A DNA stretch of 64,000 bases from an uncultured virus (IMG/VR IMGVR_UViG_3300009441_000007). Lineage: Duplodnaviria > Heunggongvirae > Uroviricota > Caudoviricetes. Below, one piece after another: positions 40,353 through 50,885 of the stretch. Within the stretch, counting starts at the first letter, position 1, and every line of letters begins with the position of its first letter. Where the stretch lies: the IMG/VR virus record IMGVR_UViG_3300009441_000007; one strand, written 5' to 3'. Under the pieces are notes generated by a model. The model did no database searches, was not told where the DNA came from, and was given only the letters and a program-made list of their open reading frames with translations. The position numbers and the translations under genes are program-made.

Positions 40353-40801
40353 TGAAAAATAAAGTATTCGATGCACTTGATGCAACATTCAACACAGTAA
40401 CTACTGAACTCGCTGAACTAAATGGTGGCGAGATTGTCGTTGCTGAAGGAAATACCAGCGAAGAGAAACTAGACGCAGATTTTGAACACGCAAGAAATAC
40501 CTTGATGCGGTCTATGGAGTATGCTGATGAGGCCGCAAAGGGGATATTAAATGTCGCAACCAACAGTGACAACCCTCGCGCCTATGAAGTTGCTGGACAA
40601 ATTATCAAAACTATGGGTGAACAAGCCAAGGATATGATGGCAGTTCAACAAACAAAATCACAAATCGAACGACATTCAGATACACCAAAAGCTATTACAA
40701 ATAATACAACGAACAATTTAGTTTTTTCTGGTACAACATCTGAAATGTTAAGAGCCCTGAAATCTGAAAACACAAAAATAATTGAACATGACTCAGAATG
40801 A
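40352..40801 (+). CDS. gp16: Terminase small subunit gp16
   Basis: DFE.AR, A..SDNPRAYEV.GQ.IK, NN..F.G.T.E. Confidence 0.9.
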   Translation: MKNKVFDALDATFNTVTTELAELNGGEIVVAEGNTSEEKLDADFEHARNTLMRSMEYADEAAKGILNVATNSDNPRAYEVAGQIIKTMGEQAKDMMAVQQTKSQIERHSDTPKAITNNTTNNLVFSGTTSEMLRALKSENTKIIEHDSE

Positions 40802-42428
40802 ACAGTCGTATCACGGCAATCCAAATCTAAAATCGATTGGGTATCAACATGACTTTACGAAGTGGGAGTTTGAAGAATTTGTAAAGTGTGAGAATGACCC
40901 CATCTATTTCATAGAAAACTTTTGCAAGATAGTAACCTTGGACAACGGGTTGCAACCTTTCGTATTATATGAATGTCAGAAAAGAAAAGTCGAGTTCATT
41001 ACAACCAATCGAAAGACTATTCTAATGGAAGGAAGGCAGCAGGGCAAGACTGTGACTGCTGCTGCATGTATCCTACACTATTCCATATTTAATGCCGACA
41101 AAACTATTGCCATCATGGCAAACAAGACTGCGGCCGCCAGAGAAGTACTGTCACGATACCAAACCATGTACGAGAATTTACCCGTGTGGATGCAACAGGG
41201 TGTCAAGACATGGAACAAGGGTGATGTTGATTTAGAAAACGGGTCTCGTGTATTCACATCTGCAACTACTTCTTCTGGTATTCGGGGTAAGTCGGTCAAT
41301 TGGTTGTATATCGATGAGGCGGCAATCATACCAAACAACGTAGCAGATGATTTTTTCGCGTCTGTATATCCTACGATTTCTGCTGGTGAAACTACAAAGA
41401 TTCTATTGACATCAACCCCATTGGGATACAATCATTTCTGGAAGTTCTGGAATGAGTCAGAGAAGGGTACGAATGGTTTTAAGAACATGTTCATTCCGTA
41501 CACCGAAATCCCAGGCCGCGATGCTGATTGGGCCCAAGAACAACTTGACATGTTGGGTGAGGTAAAGTTTAATCAGGAGGTTCTATGTGACTTCTTAGGG
41601 TCATCGAATACCTTGATTAATGGTAAGTCTCTTGCTGTCATGTCATCAGTTGATCCAATCTACCAGAAGGATGGTTTGGATTTATACGAAGAACCCAAGA
41701 ACCATAAATATTATGTGATAACGGCAGATACATCTAGGGGTGTTGGTGGAGATTATTCCGCATTTGTACTCATAGACATTACTCAGATGCCGTTCAGAGT
41801 AGTAGGTAAATATAGAGACAATAAAGTATCACCATTATTGTATCCAGACTTTATCCAGAAGGTTGCTAAAGATTACAACGATGCATATGTACTGATTGAG
41901 ACCAACGATATTGGCCAACAAGTAGTAGATATACTTCACCAAGAATTAGAATATGAGAATATTTTTTCGTGTGTACAGGAGAAGAGTAAACAGTATGTTT
42001 CGCCTGGCTTTGGAAAACAAAGTACTCTAGGGGTTAGAACATCCAAGGCTGTAAAAAGACAAGGGTGTTTGGCACTGAAAAGTTTGATAGAAGAACAGAA
42101 GTTCTTATTGTTTGATGCTGATTGTATTAGTGAATTGTCAACCTTTGTCGAAAAGGCAGGAAGTTTTTCTGCTGACGAGGGATATCACGATGACCTTGCC
42201 ATGTGCATGGTCTTGTTTTCGTGGTTGACTACGAATACTTTCTTTAAGGATTTAACTAATGTTGATATTAGAGACAATTTATATAACTCCCAGATGAGGA
42301 TGATTGAGAATGATTTAACACCATTCGGACTTGTAGTAAATGGCCTTGAAGAGGAAGGCGTGGTTCTAGATGGTGATTATTGGATGTTTGATACGGTTGA
42401 TTCGGGAAATAGTAACTCTTATAAATAA
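40788..42428 (+). CDS. gp17: Terminase large subunit gp17
   Basis: Y.GNPNLK, RQQGKT Walker A, YIDEAA Walker B, D.SRG.G.DYSA, HDDL.M. Confidence 0.95.
   Translation: MTQNEQSYHGNPNLKSIGYQHDFTKWEFEEFVKCENDPIYFIENFCKIVTLDNGLQPFVLYECQKRKVEFITTNRKTILMEGRQQGKTVTAAACILHYSIFNADKTIAIMANKTAAAREVLSRYQTMYENLPVWMQQGVKTWNKGDVDLENGSRVFTSATTSSGIRGKSVNWLYIDEAAIIPNNVADDFFASVYPTISAGETTKILLTSTPLGYNHFWKFWNESEKGTNGFKNMFIPYTEIPGRDADWAQEQLDMLGEVKFNQEVLCDFLGSSNTLINGKSLAVMSSVDPIYQKDGLDLYEEPKNHKYYVITADTSRGVGGDYSAFVLIDITQMPFRVVGKYRDNKVSPLLYPDFIQKVAKDYNDAYVLIETNDIGQQVVDILHQELEYENIFSCVQEKSKQYVSPGFGKQSTLGVRTSKAVKRQGCLALKSLIEEQKFLLFDADCISELSTFVEKAGSFSADEGYHDDLAMCMVLFSWLTTNTFFKDLTNVDIRDNLYNSQMRMIENDLTPFGLVVNGLEEEGVVLDGDYWMFDTVDSGNSNSYK
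42420..42427 (+). promoter_or_regulatory. T4 late promoter TATAAATA upstream of gp18
   Basis: Exact consensus. Confidence 0.75.
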
Positions 42429-42494
42429 TTGTCAGGAATAACTATTATTACTTTAGTCAAGTTAGATTAAAAACGAAATACGAAGGAGAACAAA

Positions 42495-44438
42495 ATGGCT
42501 TTCCAATTATCGCCTGGCGTCTTAGTACAAGAAAAAGACCTTACGAATGTTGTCCCTGCTGTAGCCACCACTGTTGGTGGAATAGTAGGTGATTACCAGT
42601 GGGGGCCTGCACATGAGATTGTTGCAACCTCATCAGAAAATGATCTGGTGCAAAGGTTTGGCAAACCAACACTAACAACATATTACGACCACATGACCGC
42701 ATCAAGTTTCTTGGCTTATGGTTCAGCATTGCTGAATGTAAGAGAAGTCGGTTCTGCTGCACGAAATGCAGGAGTTTCTGGAACTGCGGTTGCCATCAAA
42801 AACAAAACATCCTACGAAGAGAATTATTCTGCCGGAGAAGGTTCTGTCGGTGTATGGGCAGCTAAATACCCAGGCACGCTAGGTAACGCGATTAAAGTTG
42901 CAATCTTAGATGTCACCTCAACGTCCGGTTTATCTGTAGGTAGTGCTACCATTGGTACTGCTGGTTCTGGATATAGTACTGTACCTACTTGTGTCTTTGC
43001 TGACCCAACGGGTGTCACTCCCGCCGCTGGTGGTATTACTGCAACTGGTACGGTAGTCATTTCTGGTGCCGCTGTTACTGGAATAACAATTACTAATGCT
43101 GGATACGGATATACATCTGCTCCTGCAATCACCTTCTCTGGAGGTGGCGGTACTGGTGCTGTTGCAACTGCTGTACTGCAAACCGAAAGTGTTTACAAGA
43201 AGAACTTTGATTTCAATCCAACTACAACCAAGTATGCGAAACAGAACGGTGCGACCTTTGACGAAGTTCATGTTGCTGTCATCGATAACTCTGGTGCAAT
43301 CACTGGTACTGCTGGAACAATCCTAGAATTATTTGCTGGAATGTCTAAGGCTTCCGATGCAAAAGATGACTTAAATCAAACAAACTTCTATAAGAACGTA
43401 ATCAATCAGCGTTCAAAGTGGATTTGGTGGATGGATCATGCTGCTACAGGTACAAACTGGGGAACTTCATCTGCGGGTGGAACAGTATTCAAAACTTTAC
43501 TTGGTGTTGGCGATGGTGATGCAACCAATCAGTTAAGTGGTGGTGTTGATGCTGCTCCTGCTACTGCTGACCTACAGGCTGGTTACTTATTATTTGCCAA
43601 TGACGAATTGGTAGATGTTAACCTACTCATTACTTCTGCACACGCAACTGCTGTTGGTGACTATGTTATCGATAGTGTCGCTGAGATTCGTAAAGATGCT
43701 ATGGTATTCCTCTCACCACAGAGGGCTGCGGTAGTTAACAACGAAGGTTCAGAAACTACGTCAATCATATCAGTAACCGACCTCAATGCATATACTCGTT
43801 CATCTTATGCGGTATATGACTCAGGTTGGAAGTACATGTACGACAAGTACAATGACCGTTATGTCTATATTCCGTTGAACGGAGACATCGCTGGTACATG
43901 TGTTGTTACCGACAAGGCCGATGACCCTTGGTTCTCGCCTGGCGGACTCAACCGTGGACAGATTAAGAATGCAATTAAACTTGCATGGTCACCCAATAAA
44001 GCAGAGAGAGACACACTGTATTCAAAAGGTGTCAACCCTGTAATTTCAACGCCTGGAAGTGGTATCGTTTTGTTTGGTGACAAGACAATGCTTGATGCAC
44101 CAAGTGCGTTTAATAGAATTAATGTTCGTAGGTTGTTCATTGTCTTAGAGAAGGCAATTGCTACTGCTGCTAAATTCCAACTATTTGAGTTTAACGATGC
44201 GTTTACAAGGGCACAGTTTACTGCTCTAGTAGAACCTTTCTTGCGCGATGTGCAGGGAAGACGAGGCGTTTATGATTTCCGTGTAATCTGTGACGAAACA
44301 AACAATACTGCTGCTGTTATAGACGCGAATGAGTTCAGGGCTGACATCTTTGTTAAACCTGCTAAGTCTATTAACTTCATCACACTTACGTTTGTTGCGA
44401 CACGAAGCGGAATATCGTTTGAAGAACTCGGTGGTTAA
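42495..44438 (+). CDS. gp18: Tail sheath protein gp18
   Basis: FQLSPGV.V.E.D, WFSP.G.NRG, GDKT.....SAF.RINVRRLF, KP.KSINFI.L.FVATR. Confidence 0.95.
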   Translation: MAFQLSPGVLVQEKDLTNVVPAVATTVGGIVGDYQWGPAHEIVATSSENDLVQRFGKPTLTTYYDHMTASSFLAYGSALLNVREVGSAARNAGVSGTAVAIKNKTSYEENYSAGEGSVGVWAAKYPGTLGNAIKVAILDVTSTSGLSVGSATIGTAGSGYSTVPTCVFADPTGVTPAAGGITATGTVVISGAAVTGITITNAGYGYTSAPAITFSGGGGTGAVATAVLQTESVYKKNFDFNPTTTKYAKQNGATFDEVHVAVIDNSGAITGTAGTILELFAGMSKASDAKDDLNQTNFYKNVINQRSKWIWWMDHAATGTNWGTSSAGGTVFKTLLGVGDGDATNQLSGGVDAAPATADLQAGYLLFANDELVDVNLLITSAHATAVGDYVIDSVAEIRKDAMVFLSPQRAAVVNNEGSETTSIISVTDLNAYTRSSYAVYDSGWKYMYDKYNDRYVYIPLNGDIAGTCVVTDKADDPWFSPGGLNRGQIKNAIKLAWSPNKAERDTLYSKGVNPVISTPGSGIVLFGDKTMLDAPSAFNRINVRRLFIVLEKAIATAAKFQLFEFNDAFTRAQFTALVEPFLRDVQGRRGVYDFRVICDETNNTAAVIDANEFRADIFVKPAKSINFITLTFVATRSGISFEELGG

Positions 44439-44442
44439 GACA

Positions 44443-44450
44443 TATAAATA
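44443..44450 (+). promoter_or_regulatory. T4 late promoter TATAAATA upstream of gp19
   Basis: Exact consensus. Confidence 0.75.
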
Positions 44451-44474
44451 GATTTAAGTTAGGAGAAAAAACAG

Positions 44475-44993
44475 ATGAACATTGAAGAATTCAAATCCAG
44501 ACTCGGAGCCGGAGGAGCGAGACCCAATCAGTTTAGGGTCAAGCTCGCCTTTCCATCATATGTAACTGGTGTTGACCCATCATATAGTTTGCTCGTAACA
44601 GGGGCATCTTTGCCTGCATCCAATGTAAACCCTGCTATCATTCAGTATCGTGGTAGGGAGATTAAACTTGCAGGCGAAAGAATTTTTGACCCTTGGACAA
44701 TCACAGTAGTTAATGACTCTGATTTTAGTTTACGCGCACCCTTTGAAGCTTGGATGAACGGTATGAATGACCGCGCAACCAACGAAGGTATCACACTTAG
44801 TCCCTCACAGTACCAGAGTGACATTGTAGTAGAACACCTAGATAGGAATGACACAGTATTGGCCAATGGTTCTTATACATTGCGGAATGCGTTTCCTATT
44901 CAGATGTCAGAAATTGCATTGAACTATGCACAGAATGATATCTTTGAAGAATTTACAGTAACATGGCAATACACACATTATGATGTAGTTTAA
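44475..44993 (+). CDS. gp19: Tail tube protein gp19
   Basis: GGARPNQF.V, RGR..K.AG.R.F..WT.TV.ND, FE.W, EEF.VT. Confidence 0.93.
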   Translation: MNIEEFKSRLGAGGARPNQFRVKLAFPSYVTGVDPSYSLLVTGASLPASNVNPAIIQYRGREIKLAGERIFDPWTITVVNDSDFSLRAPFEAWMNGMNDRATNEGITLSPSQYQSDIVVEHLDRNDTVLANGSYTLRNAFPIQMSEIALNYAQNDIFEEFTVTWQYTHYDVV

Positions 44994-45023
44994 ACTACGA
45001 AATTGAAGAAGGTATAAAATATT

Positions 45024-46532
45024 ATGGAATTGTTTGGATTAGATATATCCAGAAAATCATCAAAGACGGAAAAATCTTTTGTTCCGCCACACGATGATGG
45101 GAGTTTGGAAAGTATAAAGGCGGGGGGTTATTACGGTACTTACTTTGATATAGAAGGTACTGCTAATAACGAAACCCAGCTGATTAAACGATATAGGGAT
45201 ATATCGATGATGGGTGACGTTGACGCAGCCATTGAGGATGTTGTCAACGATGCTATCGCAAACTTGGATGATGAGAAACCTGTCAAGTTAAATCTTGATA
45301 AGGTTAATCAGGGCGCAGCAGTTAAGAAGGCTATCTTCACAGAGTTTGATAGTGTTCTTAGGATGCTGGATTTCAACACAAGGGCCCAAGACTATTTCAG
45401 ACGATGGTATATTGACGGACGCATTTTCTTTCATAAGGTTGTTGACACAGACAAACCAAAAGAAGGAATAAAAGATGTTCGTTATGTTGACCCAAGGAAA
45501 ATCCGAAAGGTCAGAGAGATTACTAAAGGTAAAGATAGTAAGACCGAAGTTACTCTCGTTAAAAATGTAGATGAGTATTTTGTATTCGATGAAAAAGGGA
45601 TTGCTGCCAACTCAGGTATGTCATATCGGTCAGATACCGCCAATGACAAGGCAATCAAAGTTAACAAAGACGCTGTTACATATTGTACATCAGGTCTAGT
45701 TGACCAAGATAAGAATATACCTTTATCTTATCTTCACAAGGCGATACGCCCTGCGAACCAATTGAGAATGATGGAGAACGCAGTTGTTATTTATCGCATC
45801 ACACGCGCTCCCGAAAGACGAATTTTTTATATAGATGTTGGTAATTTACCCACTGGTAAAGCAGAACAATATCTAAAAGATGTTATGTCTCGTTACAGAA
45901 ACAAACTGGTATACGATAGTGATACTGGTGAGATACGAGATGACAAAAAGATGATGTCAATGTTGGAAGACTTCTGGTTGCCACGCAAAGAGGGTGGTCG
46001 AGGCACAGAGATTCAAACATTGCCAGGCGGTGCCAACTTAGGTGAGATTGAAGATGTGGTTTACTTTCAAAAGAAACTATATCAATCTCTGAATGTACCT
46101 GTTTCCAGATTGGAACAACAGGCAGGATTAAACTTTGGTAGGTCTGCTGAGATTACAAGGGATGAACTTAAATTTACCAAGTTCGTTTCAAAGTTGAGAA
46201 CTAGATTTAGTGGCATATTTGATGACATACTAAAGACTCAACTTATATTGAAGGGTATCATCACCGAAGATGAGTGGCCAGATATTAAACACGACATACA
46301 GTATATGTTTGCACAGGATGCTTACTATACAGAATCTAAAGAACAAGAGATTCTTAGGAGTCGGTTAGAGATATTAAACAATGTTGCACCATTCGTAGGT
46401 CAACTGTTTAGTAAGGATTACGTCCAGAGAAACATTTTAAAGTTCTCTGACGAAGAGATAAATATCATTGATAAACAGATTGCATCTAGTGCGACTGAGA
46501 ATGAAATAACTAATGGAGAGTCAGATGAGTGA
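45024..46532 (+). CDS. gp20: Portal protein gp20
   Basis: WY.DGR, SYLHKAI.P.NQLRMME.A.VIYRI.RAPERRIFYIDVGN.P, EDFWLPR.EGG.GTEI.TLPGG. Confidence 0.96.
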   Translation: MELFGLDISRKSSKTEKSFVPPHDDGSLESIKAGGYYGTYFDIEGTANNETQLIKRYRDISMMGDVDAAIEDVVNDAIANLDDEKPVKLNLDKVNQGAAVKKAIFTEFDSVLRMLDFNTRAQDYFRRWYIDGRIFFHKVVDTDKPKEGIKDVRYVDPRKIRKVREITKGKDSKTEVTLVKNVDEYFVFDEKGIAANSGMSYRSDTANDKAIKVNKDAVTYCTSGLVDQDKNIPLSYLHKAIRPANQLRMMENAVVIYRITRAPERRIFYIDVGNLPTGKAEQYLKDVMSRYRNKLVYDSDTGEIRDDKKMMSMLEDFWLPRKEGGRGTEIQTLPGGANLGEIEDVVYFQKKLYQSLNVPVSRLEQQAGLNFGRSAEITRDELKFTKFVSKLRTRFSGIFDDILKTQLILKGIITEDEWPDIKHDIQYMFAQDAYYTESKEQEILRSRLEILNNVAPFVGQLFSKDYVQRNILKFSDEEINIIDKQIASSATENEITNGESDE

Positions 46533-46773
46533 AGTGGATAACGTGGAAGTAGAAATTGCCGATACAATAGACCCACAAGATTCTATCAGGAAAATGATGG
46601 ACAAATGGGGCGATGGTGATTACACTGGTGCCAATGATGAATTTGCAGTTGCTATGGGACAGAGAGCAGATGAATTAGTATCTGCTAGGAAAGAGGAAAT
46701 CTCTACTGCGATTTTCAATGACCAAGAACAACAGACCGAAACCGAAACAGGAGAGGGAAATGAAGACGTTTAA
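46525..46773 (+). CDS. Small acidic prohead core protein (gp67-like position)
   Basis: Acidic ORF directly after portal; GGAG SD before ATG at 46525. Confidence 0.55.
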   Translation: MSEVDNVEVEIADTIDPQDSIRKMMDKWGDGDYTGANDEFAVAMGQRADELVSARKEEISTAIFNDQEQQTETETGEGNEDV

Positions 46774-47122
46774 GGAACTACGCGAGGGTGCATCGGTAGA
46801 AAAACCGAAGTTGGCAGAACCTACCGCTAACCACCCAGCAAAAGATGGTTCCAAGGGCGATGTCACTCCCCCGAAACAAGGAAGTTCAGATGACTCTGCC
46901 CGCCAGTTTGCAGACCACCACATGTGTGCATCCAAAGTAGTTCATCCTAAGTACGGCACTGGTAAACCTTTAGTGGGCGAACATGCTGTACCAAACAAAG
47001 ATGGCGATGTTGCTTGGTATAGGATAATGTTTGAACACGGAGTAGAGATGTGTGAAACCTATGCGTTAGAAGTAATCGCGGAAGGGCCTCACGCTAATCA
47101 TTACTCCAAGAAAAAGAATTAG
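46760..47122 (+). CDS. Probable prohead core/internal protein
   Basis: MKTFKELRE N-terminus typical of T4-like internal proteins; H.C...V.H..YG.G.....H motif. Confidence 0.55.
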   Translation: MKTFKELREGASVEKPKLAEPTANHPAKDGSKGDVTPPKQGSSDDSARQFADHHMCASKVVHPKYGTGKPLVGEHAVPNKDGDVAWYRIMFEHGVEMCETYALEVIAEGPHANHYSKKKN

Positions 47123-47132
47123 GAGAAAGTAA

Positions 47133-47519
47133 ATGGCCGTTATCCAAAATGTTTTAAAACTTACACAAACACATGGCGTAGTCGCAGTTCGCGGCACTAA
47201 TGCATCATCCACTATCGCTTTAGCATCTACACTAAAGAAATCTACGGAGACACAATCATCTCCGAAAGTTGATATTAAAGCTATACACTGGTCGTTAGGT
47301 GCTGCTGGAGTTGCTACCATTACTAGAAACAGTGTGGTTTTATATGATTTAGCGGAAACTGGAACACTAGAATTTCATGGATTCTCAGATAACCATTTGA
47401 ACACAAACGACATTGTGGTTGCTATAACCAACGCTGGTTCTGGTACGGTCATTGTAGAGTGTGCAAAACTTTCTGGTTACGGTTCACAACAACATCAGAA
47501 TCAGGGAGACTTAGGATAA
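47133..47519 (+). CDS. Conserved hypothetical head-module protein
   Basis: 128-aa beta-rich ORF with AGGAG SD, directly before gp21. Confidence 0.6.
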   Translation: MAVIQNVLKLTQTHGVVAVRGTNASSTIALASTLKKSTETQSSPKVDIKAIHWSLGAAGVATITRNSVVLYDLAETGTLEFHGFSDNHLNTNDIVVAITNAGSGTVIVECAKLSGYGSQQHQNQGDLG

Positions 47520-48172
47520 TGAAATTAATACGCGAAGTAGTTGAAGATTTAAAATATCTTAAAGAAGAGAAAGATGGCAAGACCTCATTGTTCATAGAGG
47601 GAGTCTTTCTGCAATCTGACCTTAAAAACAGAAACGGTAGAGTCTACCCACGCGAGATAATGCAAAGGGAAGTCACCCGTTATGTTACAGAAAGTATCGA
47701 TAAGAAAAGGGCGATGGGAGAACTAGGACACCCAGACGGCCCAACCATTAATTTAGACCGTGTGTCACATATGATTACTTCATTGAGAGAAGATGGTACG
47801 AATTATATTGGGAAAGCAAAGATTCTTGATACGCCTATGGGAAACATCGTCAAAAACCTTATTGATGAAGGTGCCTCCCTTGGTGTGAGTTCTAGAGGTT
47901 TAGGAACTCTAAAGGAAAGGAATGGCATCAATGAGGTTCAAGATGACTTCATATTATCCACCGCAGCAGATATTGTTGCTGACCCATCTGCCCCCGATGC
48001 ATTTGTCAGGGGTATCATGGAGAACAAAGAGTGGGTTTTAGTAGAGGGTGCTTGGACAGAACAGGATATCGACCTCGCAGTTCAGAAAATTAAGAAAACT
48101 AATTACCGTGAACTAGAGGAAGCTAAGATGGATGTGTTCAGTTCATTCTTAGACAAGTTATCAAAAATCTAA
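47519..48172 (+). CDS. gp21: Prohead core protease gp21
   Basis: MKLIRE, IEGVFLQ....NRNGR.YP, GELGHP, NLDRVSH, GVSSRG.G, DIVADPSAPDAFV. Confidence 0.95.
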   Translation: MKLIREVVEDLKYLKEEKDGKTSLFIEGVFLQSDLKNRNGRVYPREIMQREVTRYVTESIDKKRAMGELGHPDGPTINLDRVSHMITSLREDGTNYIGKAKILDTPMGNIVKNLIDEGASLGVSSRGLGTLKERNGINEVQDDFILSTAADIVADPSAPDAFVRGIMENKEWVLVEGAWTEQDIDLAVQKIKKTNYRELEEAKMDVFSSFLDKLSKI

Positions 48173-48177
48173 ACTAT

Positions 48178-48185
48178 TATAAATA
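48178..48185 (+). promoter_or_regulatory. T4 late promoter TATAAATA upstream of gp22
   Basis: Exact consensus. Confidence 0.75.
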
Positions 48186-48222
48186 AATACAGTATAACGC
48201 AAATCTCAAAGGAGAAATTAAC

Positions 48223-49440
48223 ATGGGCGTAGAAAGCAAAATAAGAGAAATGCTCGCTAAGGGTAAGGAAGTAGAGTCCGCTCTTAACGAAGAATTTCAA
48301 GAACTGGACGAGGCTGGAGCTGCAGCAAACCTTACACCAAATAGTACTGGTGGAGATGCGAAGAATCCAACTCAAGGTGATTCAAATGCCAACCCTGCAA
48401 TCCAAGACCTAAGTGGAACTAGTAATCCCGAAGGTGGATTGACTTCTGAAGTTGGAAAAGCTGCTGCATCTAAGATTGGAGGCGCACCAAAACCTGCTAA
48501 TTCAGGTGCTGGTAAAGCAACCAACTATAAGGACGGTGTAGATCCTAAGACTGTTGTTGCACAGAAGACTTCTGCTGGTGTTCGGGAAGATTCTGATGTC
48601 GATGACGAAGACGTAATCACTGAAGATGAAATCGAGAACGAAACAGTTGTCGCTGAGTCTGAATCAACTGACTTGGAGGACACTGAAGTGACCGAAGAAG
48701 AATCAACCCTGTTTGAAAACGACATCCAAAACCTTTTCGCAGACGAAGAACATCTCTCCGAAGAGTTTAAAATAAAAGCTGCTGATTTGTTTGAAACAGT
48801 AGTCACCGCTAGACTTTCAAATGAGATAGAGGGCATCCAGAAAGAACTGGAAGAACAGGCTCTAATAGAAAAAGAAACTTTCAAAGAAGATATGGTTCAG
48901 AAAATTGACCAGTATCTAAACTATGTTGCCGAAAACTGGATGAAGGAAAACGAACTCGCAATAGAACGTGGGCTCCGCACTGAAATCACCGAAGACTTTA
49001 TATCGTCTTTGAAAACCGTATTTGCCGAACACTACATCGAAGTACCTCAAGATAAGTACGATGTACTTGGTGAAATGCAAGACGAAATTGAAGTTCTGAA
49101 AAAGAAACTCAATGAGTCTGTAGAAGCGCAAATCAGTATCACTGGTCAGAGAGAACAACTGCTTCGCTCTAAGATTATCGGTGAATCAACTGAAGATTTA
49201 ACACTTTCCGAAAGAGAGAAACTTACTTCTCTGGTAGAGGATGTTGACTTTGGTAGTGCTGAGATGTTTGCTGAAAAAGTAACCGTTGTTAAGGACAACT
49301 ACTTCCCTAAACAGGGACAAGTTCAATCGTTGACTGAATCGGACAATGTTATGACCGATACTATTGATGAAGAGTACCAAGATGACGGTGGTTCGATTAG
49401 TAAATACGCTCAGGCGATTACCAAACAACTTAGAAAATAA
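48223..49440 (+). CDS. gp22: Prohead scaffold protein gp22
   Basis: LSEEFK.KA...FE, YLNYV.E.W..ENELAIE.GL..EI.E.F...LK..F.EHYI.VP. Confidence 0.92.
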   Translation: MGVESKIREMLAKGKEVESALNEEFQELDEAGAAANLTPNSTGGDAKNPTQGDSNANPAIQDLSGTSNPEGGLTSEVGKAAASKIGGAPKPANSGAGKATNYKDGVDPKTVVAQKTSAGVREDSDVDDEDVITEDEIENETVVAESESTDLEDTEVTEEESTLFENDIQNLFADEEHLSEEFKIKAADLFETVVTARLSNEIEGIQKELEEQALIEKETFKEDMVQKIDQYLNYVAENWMKENELAIERGLRTEITEDFISSLKTVFAEHYIEVPQDKYDVLGEMQDEIEVLKKKLNESVEAQISITGQREQLLRSKIIGESTEDLTLSEREKLTSLVEDVDFGSAEMFAEKVTVVKDNYFPKQGQVQSLTESDNVMTDTIDEEYQDDGGSISKYAQAITKQLRK

Positions 49441-49446
49441 GTATTA

Positions 49447-49454
49447 TATAAATA
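49447..49454 (+). promoter_or_regulatory. T4 late promoter TATAAATA upstream of gp23
   Basis: Exact consensus. Confidence 0.8.
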
Positions 49455-49498
49455 ACCTTAACAAGTTAATAACCAAAGAAAGTAAATAGGAGACTACA

Positions 49499-50764
49499 AT
49501 GTATCTTTCAGAAGAAATTCAAAAAAAGTGGAGTCCAGTATTGGAACATCCGGATCTGGGTGTTATCAAGGATAGTTACCGTAAAGCGGTAACAGCTATT
49601 ATTCTTGAGAACCAAGAGAAGGCACTGCGTGAAGAAAAAGGAATTATCAACGAAGCAGTAAATGCAAACAACATGTCAGGTGCTGTTGACACTTATGACC
49701 CCATCCTCATCTCATTGGTAAGGCGTGCCCTTCCTAACTTGATGGCGTATGATGTCTGTGGTGTTCAACCAATGACAGGGCCAACTGGTCTAATCTTTGC
49801 AATGAAGTCACACTATACTAGTCAAACTGGTACAGAGGCTTTATTCAACGAAGCAGACACAGATTTCTCTGGTGCAGGAACTCACGCTGGGTCTAACCCA
49901 GTTGACGGTACTTATACTACTGGTACTGGTGCAACTCGTGACAACGCTGAAACATTTGGCGATGACACTACTCTTAACCAGATGGCATTCTCAATCGAGA
50001 AGACTACTGTAACCGCTAAGTCTCGTGCCCTGAAAGCAGAATATACTGTTGAACTTGCACAAGACCTCAAGGCAGTTCACGGTCTTGATGCTGAGTCAGA
50101 ATTGTCAAACATTCTTTCTCAAGAAATCCTCGCGGAAATTAACCGTGAAGTAATCCGTACTATCTACAAAGTCGCAAAAACTGGTGCTGCATCTACTGCA
50201 ACCGCTGGTACTTTTGACCTTGACGTTGACTCAAACGGTCGATGGTCTGTAGAACGATTCAAAGGTCTCTTGTTCAACATTGAACGTGATGCCAATGTAA
50301 TTGCTCAAGACACTCGTAGAGGGAAGGGTAACTTCATCATCTGTTCTTCAGATGTTGCTTCTGCACTTTCAATGGCTGGTGCGTTAGACTATGCTCCTGC
50401 TCTTGACACAAACTTGAACGTAGACGATACAGGTAATACTTTTGCTGGTATCCTCAATGGTCGTTATAAAGTATATGTTGACCCTTATTCCGCTAACACT
50501 GGTTCTGCTAGTCAGTTCTACTGTGTTGGTTATAAAGGTACTTCACCTTATGACGCTGGTTTATTTTACTGTCCTTATGTGCCTCTGCAAATGGTTCGCG
50601 CTATCGACCCTGCTACCTTCCAACCAAAAATTGGTTTTAAGACTCGCTACGGTATGATTGCTAACCCATTCGTAACACAGTCAAACGGAACTACTGATGG
50701 TGACACTTTCACTGCTAACCGTAACCAGTACTATCGTTCGGTTAAGATTGCAAACTTGATGTAA
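49499..50764 (+). CDS. gp23: Major capsid protein gp23
   Basis: KW.PVL.H, DP.LISLVRR..PNL.AYD.CGVQPMTGPTGLIFAM, FYCPYVPL, FQPKIGFKTRYG. Confidence 0.97.
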   Translation: MYLSEEIQKKWSPVLEHPDLGVIKDSYRKAVTAIILENQEKALREEKGIINEAVNANNMSGAVDTYDPILISLVRRALPNLMAYDVCGVQPMTGPTGLIFAMKSHYTSQTGTEALFNEADTDFSGAGTHAGSNPVDGTYTTGTGATRDNAETFGDDTTLNQMAFSIEKTTVTAKSRALKAEYTVELAQDLKAVHGLDAESELSNILSQEILAEINREVIRTIYKVAKTGAASTATAGTFDLDVDSNGRWSVERFKGLLFNIERDANVIAQDTRRGKGNFIICSSDVASALSMAGALDYAPALDTNLNVDDTGNTFAGILNGRYKVYVDPYSANTGSASQFYCVGYKGTSPYDAGLFYCPYVPLQMVRAIDPATFQPKIGFKTRYGMIANPFVTQSNGTTDGDTFTANRNQYYRSVKIANLM

Positions 50765-50801
50765 ACCAAAAAGAAGTTGGGGTTAACCCAACCACTTTCA
50801 G

Positions 50802-50830
50802 AGGGAGACTTTAGGGTCTCCCTTTTTTTT
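50802..50830 (+). terminator. Rho-independent terminator after gp23
   Basis: AGGGAGAC-TTTAGG-GTCTCCCT stem-loop followed by a T-run; a second hairpin GTTGGG-GTTAA-CCCAAC lies just upstream (50776-50792). Confidence 0.85.
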
Positions 50831-50844
50831 GGCTTAAGATTTGT

Positions 50845-50852
50845 TATAAATA
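50845..50852 (+). promoter_or_regulatory. T4 late promoter TATAAATA upstream of gp3
   Basis: Exact consensus. Confidence 0.75.
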
Positions 50853-50885
50853 GGTATAAGACAAGACAAACTTAGGGAGTCAGAA

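Noticed and set aside
40788..50764. Introns, inteins or homing endonucleases in gp17, gp20, gp23
   Set aside because: ORFs are continuous and of normal length
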